Positions 9,771-19,577 are shown, counted from the first letter of the stretch. The stretch: DNA of 24,000 nt from Limnothrix sp. RL_2_0 (GCA_012033055.1 JAAUPR010000007.1:42493-66492), one strand, 5' to 3'. The notes: a model not told the origin generated them from the sequence alone. A program made the numbers and translations.

Positions 9771-9810
9771 ATCTCAAAGATAAGCATTTTTACTGCTGGA
9801 GGAAAACCGC

Positions 9811-11226
9811 ATGGTTCAAACCAAATCTGCTGGGTTTAAGGCTGGTGTACAAGACTACCGTCTCACCTACTACACCCCTGACTACACGCCAAAAGACACC
9901 GATCTACTCGCTTGTTTTCGGATGACTCCCCAACCCGGAGTTCCCCCTGAAGAGTGTGCTGCTGCTGTTGCTGCAGAATCTTCTACTGGTACTTGGACAA
10001 CTGTATGGACAGATGGTCTTACTGACCTCGACCGCTATAAGGGTCGTTGTTATGATGTTGAACCCGTACCCGGCGAAGACAATCAATATTTTTGTTTCGT
10101 TGCTTACCCCCTCGACTTGTTTGAGGAAGGTTCGATCACTAACGTATTAACTTCTTTGGTTGGTAACGTTTTTGGTTTTAAAGCTCTTCGTGCATTGCGT
10201 CTCGAAGATATTCGCTTCCCTGTTGCTTTCATCAAGACATGCCCCGGTAACCCCCACGGTATTACTGTAGAGCGTGACCTCCTCAACAAGTATGGTCGCC
10301 CTCTCTTGGGTTGTACGATTAAGCCTAAGCTCGGTCTTTCTGCAAAGAACTACGGTCGTGCGGTTTATGAGTGTCTTCGTGGTGGTCTTGACTTCACGAA
10401 AGATGATGAGAACATTAACTCTCAGCCTTTCATGCGTTGGCGTGATCGCTTCCTCTTTGTTCAAGAAGCAATTGAGAAAGCACAGGCTGAAACGAATGAG
10501 GTTAAGGGTCACTACCTCAACGTAACCGCCGCTACTTGCGAAGAAATGCTTGAGCGTGCTGAGTTTGCTAAAGAAATCGGTACGCCGATTGTAATGCATG
10601 ACTTCATCACTGGTGGTTTCACTGCGAATACTACCCTTTCTAAGTGGTGTCGTAAGAATGGTCTACTTCTACATATTCACCGTGCGATGCACGCTGTAAT
10701 TGACCGTCAGAAGAACCATGGTATTCACTTCCGTGTTCTGGCGAAGTGTCTGCGTTTGTCTGGTGGTGATCACCTACACTCCGGTACTGTTGTGGGTAAG
10801 CTGGAAGGCGATCGCGCTGGTACTTTAGGTTTCGTAGACCTCATGCGTGAAGACTACGTAGAAGAAGATCGCTCACGTGGTGTATTCTTCACTCAAGATT
10901 ACGCTTCCCTCCCCGGTACAATGCCTGTTGCTTCCGGTGGTATCCACGTATGGCACATGCCTGCATTGGTTGAGATTTTCGGTGATGATTCTTGCCTCCA
11001 GTTTGGTGGTGGTACTTTGGGTCACCCTTGGGGTAATGCTCCTGGTGCGACGGCAAACCGTGTTGCTCTTGAAGCTTGTGTTCAGGCTCGTAACGAAGGT
11101 CGTAGCTTGGCTCGCGAAGGCAATGATGTCCTCCGTGAAGCTTGTAAGTGGTCTCCTGAATTGGCTGCTGCTTGTGACTTGTGGAAAGAGATTAAGTTCG
11201 AATTCGACACAGTCGATACTCTCTAA
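9811..11226 (+). CDS. rbcL: Ribulose-1,5-bisphosphate carboxylase/oxygenase large subunit (form IB)
   Basis: 471 aa; [52 protein letters not shown]; preceded by GGAGG ribosome-binding site. Confidence 0.99.
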   Translation: MVQTKSAGFKAGVQDYRLTYYTPDYTPKDTDLLACFRMTPQPGVPPEECAAAVAAESSTGTWTTVWTDGLTDLDRYKGRCYDVEPVPGEDNQYFCFVAYPLDLFEEGSITNVLTSLVGNVFGFKALRALRLEDIRFPVAFIKTCPGNPHGITVERDLLNKYGRPLLGCTIKPKLGLSAKNYGRAVYECLRGGLDFTKDDENINSQPFMRWRDRFLFVQEAIEKAQAETNEVKGHYLNVTAATCEEMLERAEFAKEIGTPIVMHDFITGGFTANTTLSKWCRKNGLLLHIHRAMHAVIDRQKNHGIHFRVLAKCLRLSGGDHLHSGTVVGKLEGDRAGTLGFVDLMREDYVEEDRSRGVFFTQDYASLPGTMPVASGGIHVWHMPALVEIFGDDSCLQFGGGTLGHPWGNAPGATANRVALEACVQARNEGRSLAREGNDVLREACKWSPELAAACDLWKEIKFEFDTVDTL

Positions 11227-11238
11227 GCTCTTAGTGAG

Positions 11239-11288
11239 CATCAGTGGGTGGGAAAGTTTGCCACAATTAATTTTCCTATTCACTGATG
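11239..11288 (+). promoter_or_regulatory. Intercistronic stem-loop between rbcL and rbcX
   Basis: CATCAGTG (11239-11246) is a perfect 8-nt reverse complement of CACTGATG (11281-11288); inner GGAAA/TTTCC can extend the stem. Confidence 0.45.
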
Positions 11289-11298
11289 GCCAACTCTC

Positions 11299-11699
11299 AT
11301 GGAGTTTAAAAAGATTGCCCAAGAGACGGCGAAGACATTACGTAGCTATTTGACTTATCAGGCGGTTCGTTTAATTAGTCAGCAGCTGGGTGAGACAAAT
11401 CCGGGACAGGCAATTTGGTTAGGGGAATTTTCGAAAATCATTCGATTCAGGATAGTGATAATTATCTTGAGGCGATGATGAAGGAAAACAAGGAGATTGT
11501 TCTCAGGATTTTGACCGTGAGGGAAAATCTTGCGGAGGAGGTTCTTGAGTTTCTACCGGAAATGGTTCTAACTCAAATTAAGCAGTCCAATGGTGAACAT
11601 CGCCGTTCTCTGTTAGAGCGTTTAACTCAGGTTGATCTTGCATTAACCGATCCGGCACAACCAAAAATTGAGCCAGATTCTTCAGAAGATTCTGAATAA
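11299..11699 (+). CDS. rbcX: RuBisCO chaperone RbcX, frame broken by an apparent 1-nt deletion in an A-run near 11434-11437
   Basis: ATG 11299 frame: MEFKKIAQETAKTLRSYLTYQAVRLISQQLGETNPGQAIWLGEFSK then stop at 11476; the -1 frame continues NHSIQDSDNYLEAMMKENKEIVLRILTVRENLAEEVLEFLPEMVLTQIKQSNGEHRRSLLERLTQVD. Lies between rbcL and rbcS. Confidence 0.88.
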
Positions 11700-11727
11700 A
11701 TCTTGACCCTAAACGAGGACATAATTA

Positions 11728-12063
11728 ATGAAAACTTTACCTAAAGAGAAGCGTTACGAAACTCTTTCTTACCTTCCCCCTTTGAGCGATCAGCAGATTG
11801 CTCGCCAAGTTCAATTTATGATTGAACAAGGTTTTATTCCTGGTGTTGAGTTTGAGAAGGATCCGACTCCTGAACTCCACCACTGGACTTTGTGGAAGCT
11901 ACCTCTTTTCAGTGCAACTAATGCTCAGGATGTTCTCAATGAGGTGCGTGAGTGCCGTAGTGAGTATTCTGATTGCTACATCCGTGTTGTTGGTTTCGAC
12001 AACATTAAGCAATGTCAGACTGTTAGCTTCATTGTTTATAAGCCTAATCAGACTCGTTATTAA
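11728..12063 (+). CDS. rbcS: Ribulose-1,5-bisphosphate carboxylase small subunit
   Basis: 111 aa [61 protein letters not shown]...[23 protein letters not shown]. Confidence 0.98.
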   Translation: MKTLPKEKRYETLSYLPPLSDQQIARQVQFMIEQGFIPGVEFEKDPTPELHHWTLWKLPLFSATNAQDVLNEVRECRSEYSDCYIRVVGFDNIKQCQTVSFIVYKPNQTRY

Positions 12064-12069
12064 GTTTTT

Positions 12070-12137
12070 TCGGTTTTTCTAAACCGATTTAGTTTGAATC
12101 ATGCAAGGGGCGATCGCCATGGCGATCGCCTTTTTTT
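12070..12137 (+). terminator. Tandem hairpins downstream of rbcS, the second followed by a T-run (probable rbc operon terminator)
   Basis: TCGGTTT-TTCT-AAACCGA (12070-12087), then the 22-nt perfect palindrome GGCGATCGCCATGGCGATCGCC (12109-12130) followed by seven T. Confidence 0.65.
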
Positions 12138-12226
12138 GTGTCACCACATACTTTGGGAGGGATTAGCCCCCTAGTTAAATGAATTAATTGAGTGTTATTA
12201 ATTTACTGTTGTGGCGATCGCTGCGA

Positions 12227-12619
12227 GTGGCTCAAACTCAGGAACCAGTGACGGAATGGGTGGCTGTTGTGTTAAATCCCACCGAAAAAAGTGCCGCTGC
12301 ACCGGAGCAGGTGAAGGTAAATCCGACTAATTTGGAAGCTGTGTTGTAGGTGGAAAATTTGCCGCCCCTACCGCCCGGACAGGTGTCTGTGCTATGGACG
12401 GTGTTGCAGCCAGATGCGCCGTTTACGACGGATGAAAAAAATGCGATTTTGACGGGGGTTTTTGCGGTGGATGAGCAGAATAAATCGGCAAAAATAACCC
12501 TGCCCCCGGTGTATCGTGAGCAGCAATGGATTAAGGCGATCGCCATTACCGTAGAAGCTGATGACGCACCACAAGAGAATCTTTCTAGCCCGATTTTGAT
12601 GGGTTCTCTGTCACCCTAA
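12227..12619 (+). pseudogene. Small uncharacterised protein, possibly interrupted by an in-frame TAG at 12347-12349
   Basis: Same frame on both sides of the stop: VAQTQEPVTEWVAVVLNPTEKSAAAPEQVKVNPTNLEAVL*VENLPPLPPGQVSVLWTVLQPDAPFTTDEKNAILTGVFAVDEQNKSAKITLPPVYREQQWIKAIAITVEADD... Confidence 0.4.
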
Positions 12620-12626
12620 ACCCGAA

Positions 12627-14672
12627 TTAAATATCGGCCATTGCCCCTTTTGCCATGGCGGCGATCGCCTGATCTGTCGCTTTCGGGAGACGATAATATT
12701 TACCGCCCGCTTGCTTTGCGAGTTCCTTACCGAAGCCCGAAGAAATAAACTTTTTCTCCGTATCGATAATCAGTAACTTGATACCAGAAGCACGGATTTT
12801 TCCCCCAATCGCGAGCAATTCTTCCTTAATGTCCGGTTTCGCCTCACCTTCTTCTGGCGTTTCCCCAAGGGAGCGAGCCAGTGGAATATTGCCACGACCA
12901 TCCGTAATCGCCACAATCACCACTTCCCCCACATCCCCAGACATTTTCGCATTCATGCCCACATGCACCGCCTGAGTTAACCCATGGGATAAAGGCGAAC
13001 CACCACCACAGGGCAATGTTTCCAAACGATTTTTTGCGAGGGTAATCGACCGTGTCGGCGGTAATAAGACCTCTGCCATTTCACCCCGGAAAGGAATGAG
13101 CGCAATCTGGTCACGATTTTCATAAGCCTCCGTCAACAGACGCATCACCGCCCCTTTCGCCGCCTGCATCCGATTCAGTGCCATCGAACCCGACGCATCC
13201 ACAAGGAAAATCATTAATGCCCCAGCCTTACGAGCCATCCGCTTCGAACGGAGATCCCCCTGCTCCACAATTACTTTGCGATCAGGATTTTTGAGTCGGC
13301 GGGCTTTTTGATAAGGAGCTGCTGCCCGTAAAGTCGCATCCACGGCAATACGGCGTACTTTGCCCCGGGGTAACATCGGTTTAATATAGCGCCCCCGATC
13401 ATCCGAGAAAATCATACCCCGCTTACCGGAGTTCCCCTTGTTCTGCATCATCTGCGCAAAGGCGAGAATGCTGGGGTCTAGCACAACTCCTTCTGGATCA
13501 AAGATAAATTCATCGGGAATACTCGGCGGCTCCTGCTCTTCCGGTTCGTCTGGCTCATCCTCTTTGTCGTCCTCATCGGGATCATCTTGATCATCGTCAT
13601 CAGCTTGATCCTCATCCTCCGCATCATCCTGAGATTGGGGTGGCGGCGGCGGTGGCGGCTGCATATCGTCTTCTTCTGGAGTGGGAATTGTTGTTGCCCG
13701 GGGTAAAATCACTAACTCGACTGCGGTGCGTAAATCATCTGCGGTGACTGCATTACGACCATCGAGTGCTGCTGCTGCCATGGCTACTCGCACGGCAAAT
13801 AGTTCCGCTCGGTGACCTTCGACACTGCCCCTTACTGCCTCATTGACGAGATAGGCGATTTGTTCGGTGGAAATTTTTACTTCTTTGAGCCATTCTCGCG
13901 CCAAAATAATTTGGGTGCGCAGACCATCGAGATCATCTTCGTAGGTTTTGAGAAATGCATAGGGCGATTGGGAATATTGCACTACTTGCTCGACGGCTTC
14001 GACTCGCTCTTCTAGGTCAAGGATGCGATCAGCGGAAAGGGTAATGGCAATGCGATCGCGGAGATGTTCGCGTAGGTTTCCTTCTTCTGGGTTGTAGGTG
14101 GCAATGAGCAGGGGGCGGCAGGGGTGGGAAAAACTAATGCCTTCCCGCTCGATTTGGTTGCGTCCGTCGGTGAGTACGCTTAAAAGTTGGTTGGCAATTT
14201 GGTCATCGAGGAGGTTGATTTCGTCGATATATAGTACGCCGCGATGGGCTTGGGCGAGCAGTCCGGGCTGGAATACGGGTTCTCCTTGGCGCACGGAGGC
14301 TTCGACATCTACGGAACCGAGTAAACGATCTTCGGTTACGCCTAGGGGAATCTGGACAAAAGGGGCGGGAATGACTTGGGTGGGAATGTCTGCGACGGGG
14401 GTTGTGCCGTATTCTGCGTCGGTGAGGTCGTCCCAGTCGTTGGGATTATTGACATCGCAGTTATATTTGTTGTCTTTAATGACTTCGATGGGGGGTAAGA
14501 GGGCGGAGATTCCCCTCGCCATGACTGATTTTGCTGTACCTCTTTTGCCGGCGATCGCCACCCCACCAAGGGCTGGATCTACCGCACCGAGGAGGAGAGC
14601 TGTTTTGATTACATCTTGACCAATCACAGCCGTAAGCGGAAAAGCAGTACGAGATGTCGTTAAAGGGGGCAT
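12627..14672 (-). CDS. chlD: Magnesium chelatase subunit D
   Basis: 681 aa; N-terminal AAA+ ([26 protein letters not shown]), Pro-rich and acidic linker, C-terminal vWA ([22 protein letters not shown]). Confidence 0.95.
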   Translation of the reverse strand: MPPLTTSRTAFPLTAVIGQDVIKTALLLGAVDPALGGVAIAGKRGTAKSVMARGISALLPPIEVIKDNKYNCDVNNPNDWDDLTDAEYGTTPVADIPTQVIPAPFVQIPLGVTEDRLLGSVDVEASVRQGEPVFQPGLLAQAHRGVLYIDEINLLDDQIANQLLSVLTDGRNQIEREGISFSHPCRPLLIATYNPEEGNLREHLRDRIAITLSADRILDLEERVEAVEQVVQYSQSPYAFLKTYEDDLDGLRTQIILAREWLKEVKISTEQIAYLVNEAVRGSVEGHRAELFAVRVAMAAAALDGRNAVTADDLRTAVELVILPRATTIPTPEEDDMQPPPPPPPQSQDDAEDEDQADDDDQDDPDEDDKEDEPDEPEEQEPPSIPDEFIFDPEGVVLDPSILAFAQMMQNKGNSGKRGMIFSDDRGRYIKPMLPRGKVRRIAVDATLRAAAPYQKARRLKNPDRKVIVEQGDLRSKRMARKAGALMIFLVDASGSMALNRMQAAKGAVMRLLTEAYENRDQIALIPFRGEMAEVLLPPTRSITLAKNRLETLPCGGGSPLSHGLTQAVHVGMNAKMSGDVGEVVIVAITDGRGNIPLARSLGETPEEGEAKPDIKEELLAIGGKIRASGIKLLIIDTEKKFISSGFGKELAKQAGGKYYRLPKATDQAIAAMAKGAMADI

Positions 14673-14800
14673 CTATCCAGATTTAAATAAAAAATTAAAA
14701 AGTAAGCTTAAGAGGCTTGTGTAAAAACGAGGAGAAAAATCCCCAAAATTGAGCCTTTCCTCCTCCGCAAAAATATTCTGCAATGGTTATCTAATAATGC

Positions 14801-15526
14801 TTACACATGTTTAACCAAGCGTGCAAAGCTCTCTGCTTCGAGGCTAGCGCCACCGACTAGAGCACCGTCAATTTCGGGTTGCGCCATGATCTCATCCACG
14901 TTGGCAGGTTTGACGGAACCACCATATTGAATGGTGACATTTTTGTTGGTGAGCTTTTCGCGGATCAGGCCAATCACTCGGTTTGCTTCAATGGCATCGC
15001 AGGTTTCACCCGTACCGATCGCCCAGATGGGTTCGTAGGCAATGACTAAAGCGTTTTGGTCAATATCGACTAAGCCTTTAGCGAGCTGCTCAAAAATGAT
15101 GGCTTCGGTTTCTCCAGCATCCCGTTGTGCTTTGCTTTCACCAACACAGAGAATGGGGATGAGGTTGTGGCGCTGGGCGGCTTTTAGGCGTTGATTGACG
15201 GTGGCATTTGTTTCGCCAAAATATTGACGACGTTCGCTATGGCCAACGATGACATAACGTACGCCCATTTCGGTTAACATTGAGCCGGAAATTTCCCCGG
15301 TAAAAGCGCCTTCGTCTTCCCAGTGAATATTTTGTGCTCCGAGGCGAATCCTGGTGCCATGGAGACTTTTGGACATGAGTCCTAGATCTGTGAAAGGGGT
15401 ACAGAGTACAACTTCTCGTTCTTCGTGATCGTCGGCAATTTTGGGCAATAGTTCTTTGAGAAAGTCTAAGGACTCGGCTTGAGTCTTAAACATTTTCCAG
15501 TTACCCGCAATGATAATCTTTCGCAC
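14801..15526 (-). CDS. tpiA: Triose-phosphate isomerase
   Basis: 241 aa; [63 protein letters not shown]. Confidence 0.97.
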   Translation of the reverse strand: MRKIIIAGNWKMFKTQAESLDFLKELLPKIADDHEEREVVLCTPFTDLGLMSKSLHGTRIRLGAQNIHWEDEGAFTGEISGSMLTEMGVRYVIVGHSERRQYFGETNATVNQRLKAAQRHNLIPILCVGESKAQRDAGETEAIIFEQLAKGLVDIDQNALVIAYEPIWAIGTGETCDAIEANRVIGLIREKLTNKNVTIQYGGSVKPANVDEIMAQPEIDGALVGGASLEAESFARLVKHV

Positions 15527-15660
15527 GGCTTTCCTACCAAGGCTTCTTTCTTATACGCACAAGAGAACAGTTTACCTTATCGCTGAAACGGCTCTCTGGA
15601 AATTTATCGGGAAAGGACGGCGATCGCCGCCAAAACAATCTATTTATCTATGGGTAATTT

Positions 15661-16554
15661 TTAAAAGCTCAAAATTCCTTGATCGCCGTCGAGGGTGACG
15701 GTCTGACCGAGGGGTAAGGCTGCGTTTTCTCCGTCATGGCCAAAGGGTAATTCGGCAACGATGGGGATATTTAAATCTTTGAGGCGATCGCCCAGCACTT
15801 CCAGCACAGAGAAACTATCGCTTGAACCCAGCTCATCACAACGGCTAAAACGACCAAGGGCAATACCTTTTACCTGTTTGAACATCCCCCGTAACCGCCA
15901 ATGGGTTAACAGGCGATCGACGCTGTAGGGGGCTTCTGTGACATCCTCTAACGCCAAAATAACATTCTCAAAATCAGGCTGTAATACCGTGCCGAGAATA
16001 TGGGTTGCGACATTCAAATTTGCGGGTAATAAAATGCCTTCTGCCTTGCCTTCAACCCAACTTTTGCCCTGCAATGGGTCGAGATTTTTACCCTGAACGG
16101 CAGCGAATAATCTTTCTAATGACCAATCAGGTTCTTGCGCCAAAGTGGTTAAAACAGGCGCGTGCAAACCCCCGACACCAACGGTAGCGAGGCTCCAGAG
16201 CAAACTCGTAATATCCGAAAAACCAATCAACCATTTCGGTGAAACTTGATCAATTTTCCAGTCCCAATCTTCCAGCAAGCGCATCCCGCCATAGCCACCG
16301 CGAGCACACAAAATCCCTTTACACTCGGGGTCAAACCAAGCTTCGGCAAGGGCTTTTCTACGTATTTGATCATCCCCGGCGAGATAGCCATATTTTTTAT
16401 CCCAACCCGTGATGAATTCCACTCGATAACCTTGGTCACGCCAAATTTTCACCCCAGCCATTAGGGCATCATGTTCCAACAGCCGACCACTCGGAGAAAT
16501 GACTTTCAGCAAATCGCCCGGCTGTAGCGGTTCCGGCATTATTAAAGGCTGCAT
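15661..16554 (-). CDS. S66 family LD-carboxypeptidase
   Basis: 297 aa; PGDLLKVISPSG, CARGGYGGMRLLEDWDW, KWLIGFSDITSLLWSL, FGHDGENAALPLGQ. Confidence 0.88.
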   Translation of the reverse strand: MQPLIMPEPLQPGDLLKVISPSGRLLEHDALMAGVKIWRDQGYRVEFITGWDKKYGYLAGDDQIRRKALAEAWFDPECKGILCARGGYGGMRLLEDWDWKIDQVSPKWLIGFSDITSLLWSLATVGVGGLHAPVLTTLAQEPDWSLERLFAAVQGKNLDPLQGKSWVEGKAEGILLPANLNVATHILGTVLQPDFENVILALEDVTEAPYSVDRLLTHWRLRGMFKQVKGIALGRFSRCDELGSSDSFSVLEVLGDRLKDLNIPIVAELPFGHDGENAALPLGQTVTLDGDQGILSF

Positions 16555-16571
16555 AGACTAAAACACAAAAG

Positions 16572-16841
16572 CTATTTTTTAGAATTTTCTTGGGCTAATT
16601 TTCGTTTATTTTCCCAACGCCATAGCAAAATCATCAAGCCAACGACCCCCGCTTGTACAGCGAAATTGGGGATGGCTTTTTGCAAATCTCGTCCCGCCGC
16701 AATTTGCGCGAGAAAAACGACACCGCCGACACCGCCAGAAATACCGAAGCAGATATAAACGAATTGTCGGAGGGCGCGATAGGGATTTTGGGCTTCGTCC
16801 CGTAACCGTGCCATTTTTTCAGGACTAAATTTTTGAGCCAT
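16572..16841 (-). CDS. DUF3493-like small membrane protein
   Basis: 89 aa MAQKFSPEKMARLRDEAQNPYRALRQFVYICFGISGGVGGVVFLAQIAAGRD...; two predicted TM stretches; family from recognition only. Confidence 0.65.
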   Translation of the reverse strand: MAQKFSPEKMARLRDEAQNPYRALRQFVYICFGISGGVGGVVFLAQIAAGRDLQKAIPNFAVQAGVVGLMILLWRWENKRKLAQENSKK

Positions 16842-16941
16842 GGTTTTAGGAAACGTCAGTTAGAAAAGGTGAGCATTTAAAGAAAAATCCCCCAATCTTT
16901 TTTCAGAATGAGGGAGTCAGGCGATCGCCATTATTAGCGAA

Positions 16942-18024
16942 TCAAATTTTGGAAAAAGCCAGATTAACCGTATCGCGAACAATTAGGAATACACCCAAGC
17001 CCAGCAAAAGCACTAAGCCCGTCTGCATAATATTTTCCTGTAGGCGCATCGGTAGTGGCTTACCCCGTAGACCTTCCACCAACAGAAAAGCGAGCTGACC
17101 ACCATCGAGAGCAGGCAACGGCAAAATATTGATAATGGCGAGATTAATACTAATCAACGATCCAAACTGGAAAAGATTACTCAAATCATCCTTCGCCAAA
17201 TCTGCACCCACTGCCACAATTGCGACGGGGCCTGACACTTGCTTGGCTGTTTCTTGGAAATTAAAAATCAGTTGCCCAAAACCTTGGATCGTTAAACCCG
17301 CAAGGCGCTGAAATTCTCTGGAACCAGATTTGAGAGCGGCAATGGGATTCCCGGCGCGACGACGCACAATTTCGCCATTAGGAGCAAGCATCACGCCAAT
17401 TTTTCCTGCACCATCATTGCCCAAATCAGGGGTGACATTAACCGAAAACACATCACTATCCCGTTGGATTTTGAGGGTTAATTCTTGGTTCGGCGAATTT
17501 TGAATCAAATTGCGCAATACTTCGAGAGCTTCTTGACCTGTGGGCAATTCTGTTGAACCCACCGCAAGCACTACATCTTCCCCTTGAATACCTGCCGCCG
17601 CCGCTGGGGAAGCCACTTCGGTCATCACTTGGGGAATGCGAACACCTTGTTGATAGTCAATATCTTTAAAGCCAACGGTTCCCGCCTGCACGGTGAGGAG
17701 GAAATAGGCAAAAATCAGGTTGGCAATTACGCCCGCACTAATGACGATCGCCCGATCAATAACTGGACGATTGCGCAGGAGGTTGGGGTCTTCTGGGGGA
17801 ATATCACTTTCGGGGTCATCATCGGGGAAGCCGACATAGCCGCCGAGGGGAAATGCCCGGATAGCATATTCTGTTTCTTTGCCTTGGTACTTGAGGAGGG
17901 TGGGGCCAAAGCCGATGGAGAAACGGTTGACATGGATATTTTGAAGTCGTGCTGCTGAGAAATGACCAAGCTCATGAACCACGATGAGGAGTGCCAAAAC
18001 TGCGATCGCCGCCAGTACGGACAT
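16942..18024 (-). CDS. rseP: RseP/site-2-protease family zinc metalloprotease with PDZ domain
   Basis: 360 aa; VHELGHFSAARLQ (HExxH), FPLGGYVGFPDDD, PDZ-like region, NILPLPALDGGQLAF (NxxPxPxLDGG). Confidence 0.9.
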   Translation of the reverse strand: MSVLAAIAVLALLIVVHELGHFSAARLQNIHVNRFSIGFGPTLLKYQGKETEYAIRAFPLGGYVGFPDDDPESDIPPEDPNLLRNRPVIDRAIVISAGVIANLIFAYFLLTVQAGTVGFKDIDYQQGVRIPQVMTEVASPAAAAGIQGEDVVLAVGSTELPTGQEALEVLRNLIQNSPNQELTLKIQRDSDVFSVNVTPDLGNDGAGKIGVMLAPNGEIVRRRAGNPIAALKSGSREFQRLAGLTIQGFGQLIFNFQETAKQVSGPVAIVAVGADLAKDDLSNLFQFGSLISINLAIINILPLPALDGGQLAFLLVEGLRGKPLPMRLQENIMQTGLVLLLGLGVFLIVRDTVNLAFSKI

Positions 18025-18190
18025 AATGTTCTTTTTCTTTATCTAAATATCTATATCTAAGCCATTGTAGGCGATCGCCCTAATTAAGGCTTAAAGCAAA
18101 CCATGCCACCAGAACAAAGATCCCAATCTAGCCCCAGCAAATGTTGCAATTTGTTAAGCTGAAGCCTGAATTCATTTTCAATATCTGGCT

Positions 18191-19549
18191 ATGGTTGCAA
18201 GTTCCGTCTCTATTTCCGCCGCCGCGTCCCAAGAAAAATTTGATTGGCTAGAAGCATGGTATCCCGTGCATTTTGTGCAGGATTTAAGCAAAATCGAGCC
18301 AACCCGTTTTGTTTTATTAGAACAGCCCCTCGTAATTTGGTGGCAAGCAAAAACCCAGCAGTGGAACGTATTTCGGGATGTATGTCCCCATCGCCTCGCG
18401 CCATTATCAGAAGGACGAATTGTCGATGACTGTTTAGAATGCCCCTACCATGGCTGGCAATTTTCAGACATAGGTTCCTGCGAAAAAATCCCTTTTCAGG
18501 CCGAAGATAGTCAAGCCGAAAATAGCTCCCGCGCCACGGTGAAAACGTACCCTAATCGCGTTGAGCAAGGACTTTTATTTGTCTATGCAGGCAACCCAGA
18601 CAATGCCGAGTCCCACCCCATTCCCATCGTGCCTGTGCTGAACGAATATCCGGGGGAATGGGTCATGGCAGATGTTTGCCGAGATATCCCCTACGACACC
18701 ACGACATTACTTGAAAATGTTTTAGACACAAGCCATGTGGCTTTTACGCACCATCCCCGCGTCGGTAATCGTAAAAATGCCAAAGATTTTATCCTTGATG
18801 TCTCTGATTTGGCAAAAACGGGCTTTACGGGTAATTGGGAAGAAGGCCCCCGGCGAGGCACTTTAGGCTCCCAAAAAACAACTTTTACCGCGCCCAGCAC
18901 CATGTGGCATGACATCGAAGAAAGTCCATTTGGGCAAGTGATGACGATTGTATATGCAACGCCTACGGAAAAGGGAAAATGTCGGGCGATCGTGCGGTTG
19001 CCGTTTCGGTTTAAATCTGCGATTCCGCGACTTATTTTTAAGTACACGCCCCGCTGGTTTTCCCATGTTAATCAGATGGGCATTTTGGAGGACGATCAAA
19101 TTTTTCTGCACCTTCAGGAGCGGGAGCTTGAAAAATCCTCTAAAAATTATGCCCAAACTTGTTATTTGCCCACTAGTTCAGATTTGTTTGTGTTGGCCTA
19201 TCGCAAGTGGGTAGAGACCTACGGTGAACCTTTTGCGGATCAAACATTTGATAAGGCTGACATTCGCCACGATGTGATTTTAGAACGCTATCATTCCCAC
19301 ACTAAAAATTGTTCGAGCTGTGCCGGGGCTTTAAAAAATATCCAAAAAATTCGGTCAGCATCAATCGGTTTGATGTTTGTACTTTGGTTAGGATTACCCC
19401 TCGCTGCCATATATTCGCTCCCGATTTGGACTGTAGCGGCGATCGCCTCTACTTTAACTATCCTCGGTTTGGCATGGTGGCAACTAGGTAAATATGAACG
19501 AAAATTTTTCGATGGCGAATATCCACCGACCCGCAACTTTAAGGATTAA
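18191..19549 (+). CDS. Rieske [2Fe-2S] oxygenase, PaO/Tic55-like, with C-terminal TM segments
   Basis: 452 aa; DVCPHRLAPLSEGRI...CPYHGWQF Rieske motif, LENVLDTSHVAFTHH, C-terminal NCSSCAGALKNI (CxxC) followed by hydrophobic segments. Confidence 0.85.
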   Translation: MVASSVSISAAASQEKFDWLEAWYPVHFVQDLSKIEPTRFVLLEQPLVIWWQAKTQQWNVFRDVCPHRLAPLSEGRIVDDCLECPYHGWQFSDIGSCEKIPFQAEDSQAENSSRATVKTYPNRVEQGLLFVYAGNPDNAESHPIPIVPVLNEYPGEWVMADVCRDIPYDTTTLLENVLDTSHVAFTHHPRVGNRKNAKDFILDVSDLAKTGFTGNWEEGPRRGTLGSQKTTFTAPSTMWHDIEESPFGQVMTIVYATPTEKGKCRAIVRLPFRFKSAIPRLIFKYTPRWFSHVNQMGILEDDQIFLHLQERELEKSSKNYAQTCYLPTSSDLFVLAYRKWVETYGEPFADQTFDKADIRHDVILERYHSHTKNCSSCAGALKNIQKIRSASIGLMFVLWLGLPLAAIYSLPIWTVAAIASTLTILGLAWWQLGKYERKFFDGEYPPTRNFKD

Positions 19550-19577
19550 AATAAGGATTAAAACAGCAAAATTAGGA

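Noticed and set aside
10873-11353. Long ORFs in other frames over rbcL (10877-11353 +, 10873-11322 -, 10147-10599 -)
   Set aside because: They sit entirely or mainly within rbcL, carry no recognisable domain, and fit codon-bias shadow ORFs.
14098-14619. 173-aa plus-strand ORF antisense to chlD
   Set aside because: Low-complexity Ser/Arg-rich shadow translation of the conserved chlD AAA+ region.
12627-14672. vWA domain near the kinase/PP2C module as the TerY-like third partner
   Set aside because: This vWA belongs to magnesium chelatase subunit D, is fused to a AAA+ domain and lies over 4 kb away, so it is not a dedicated partner.
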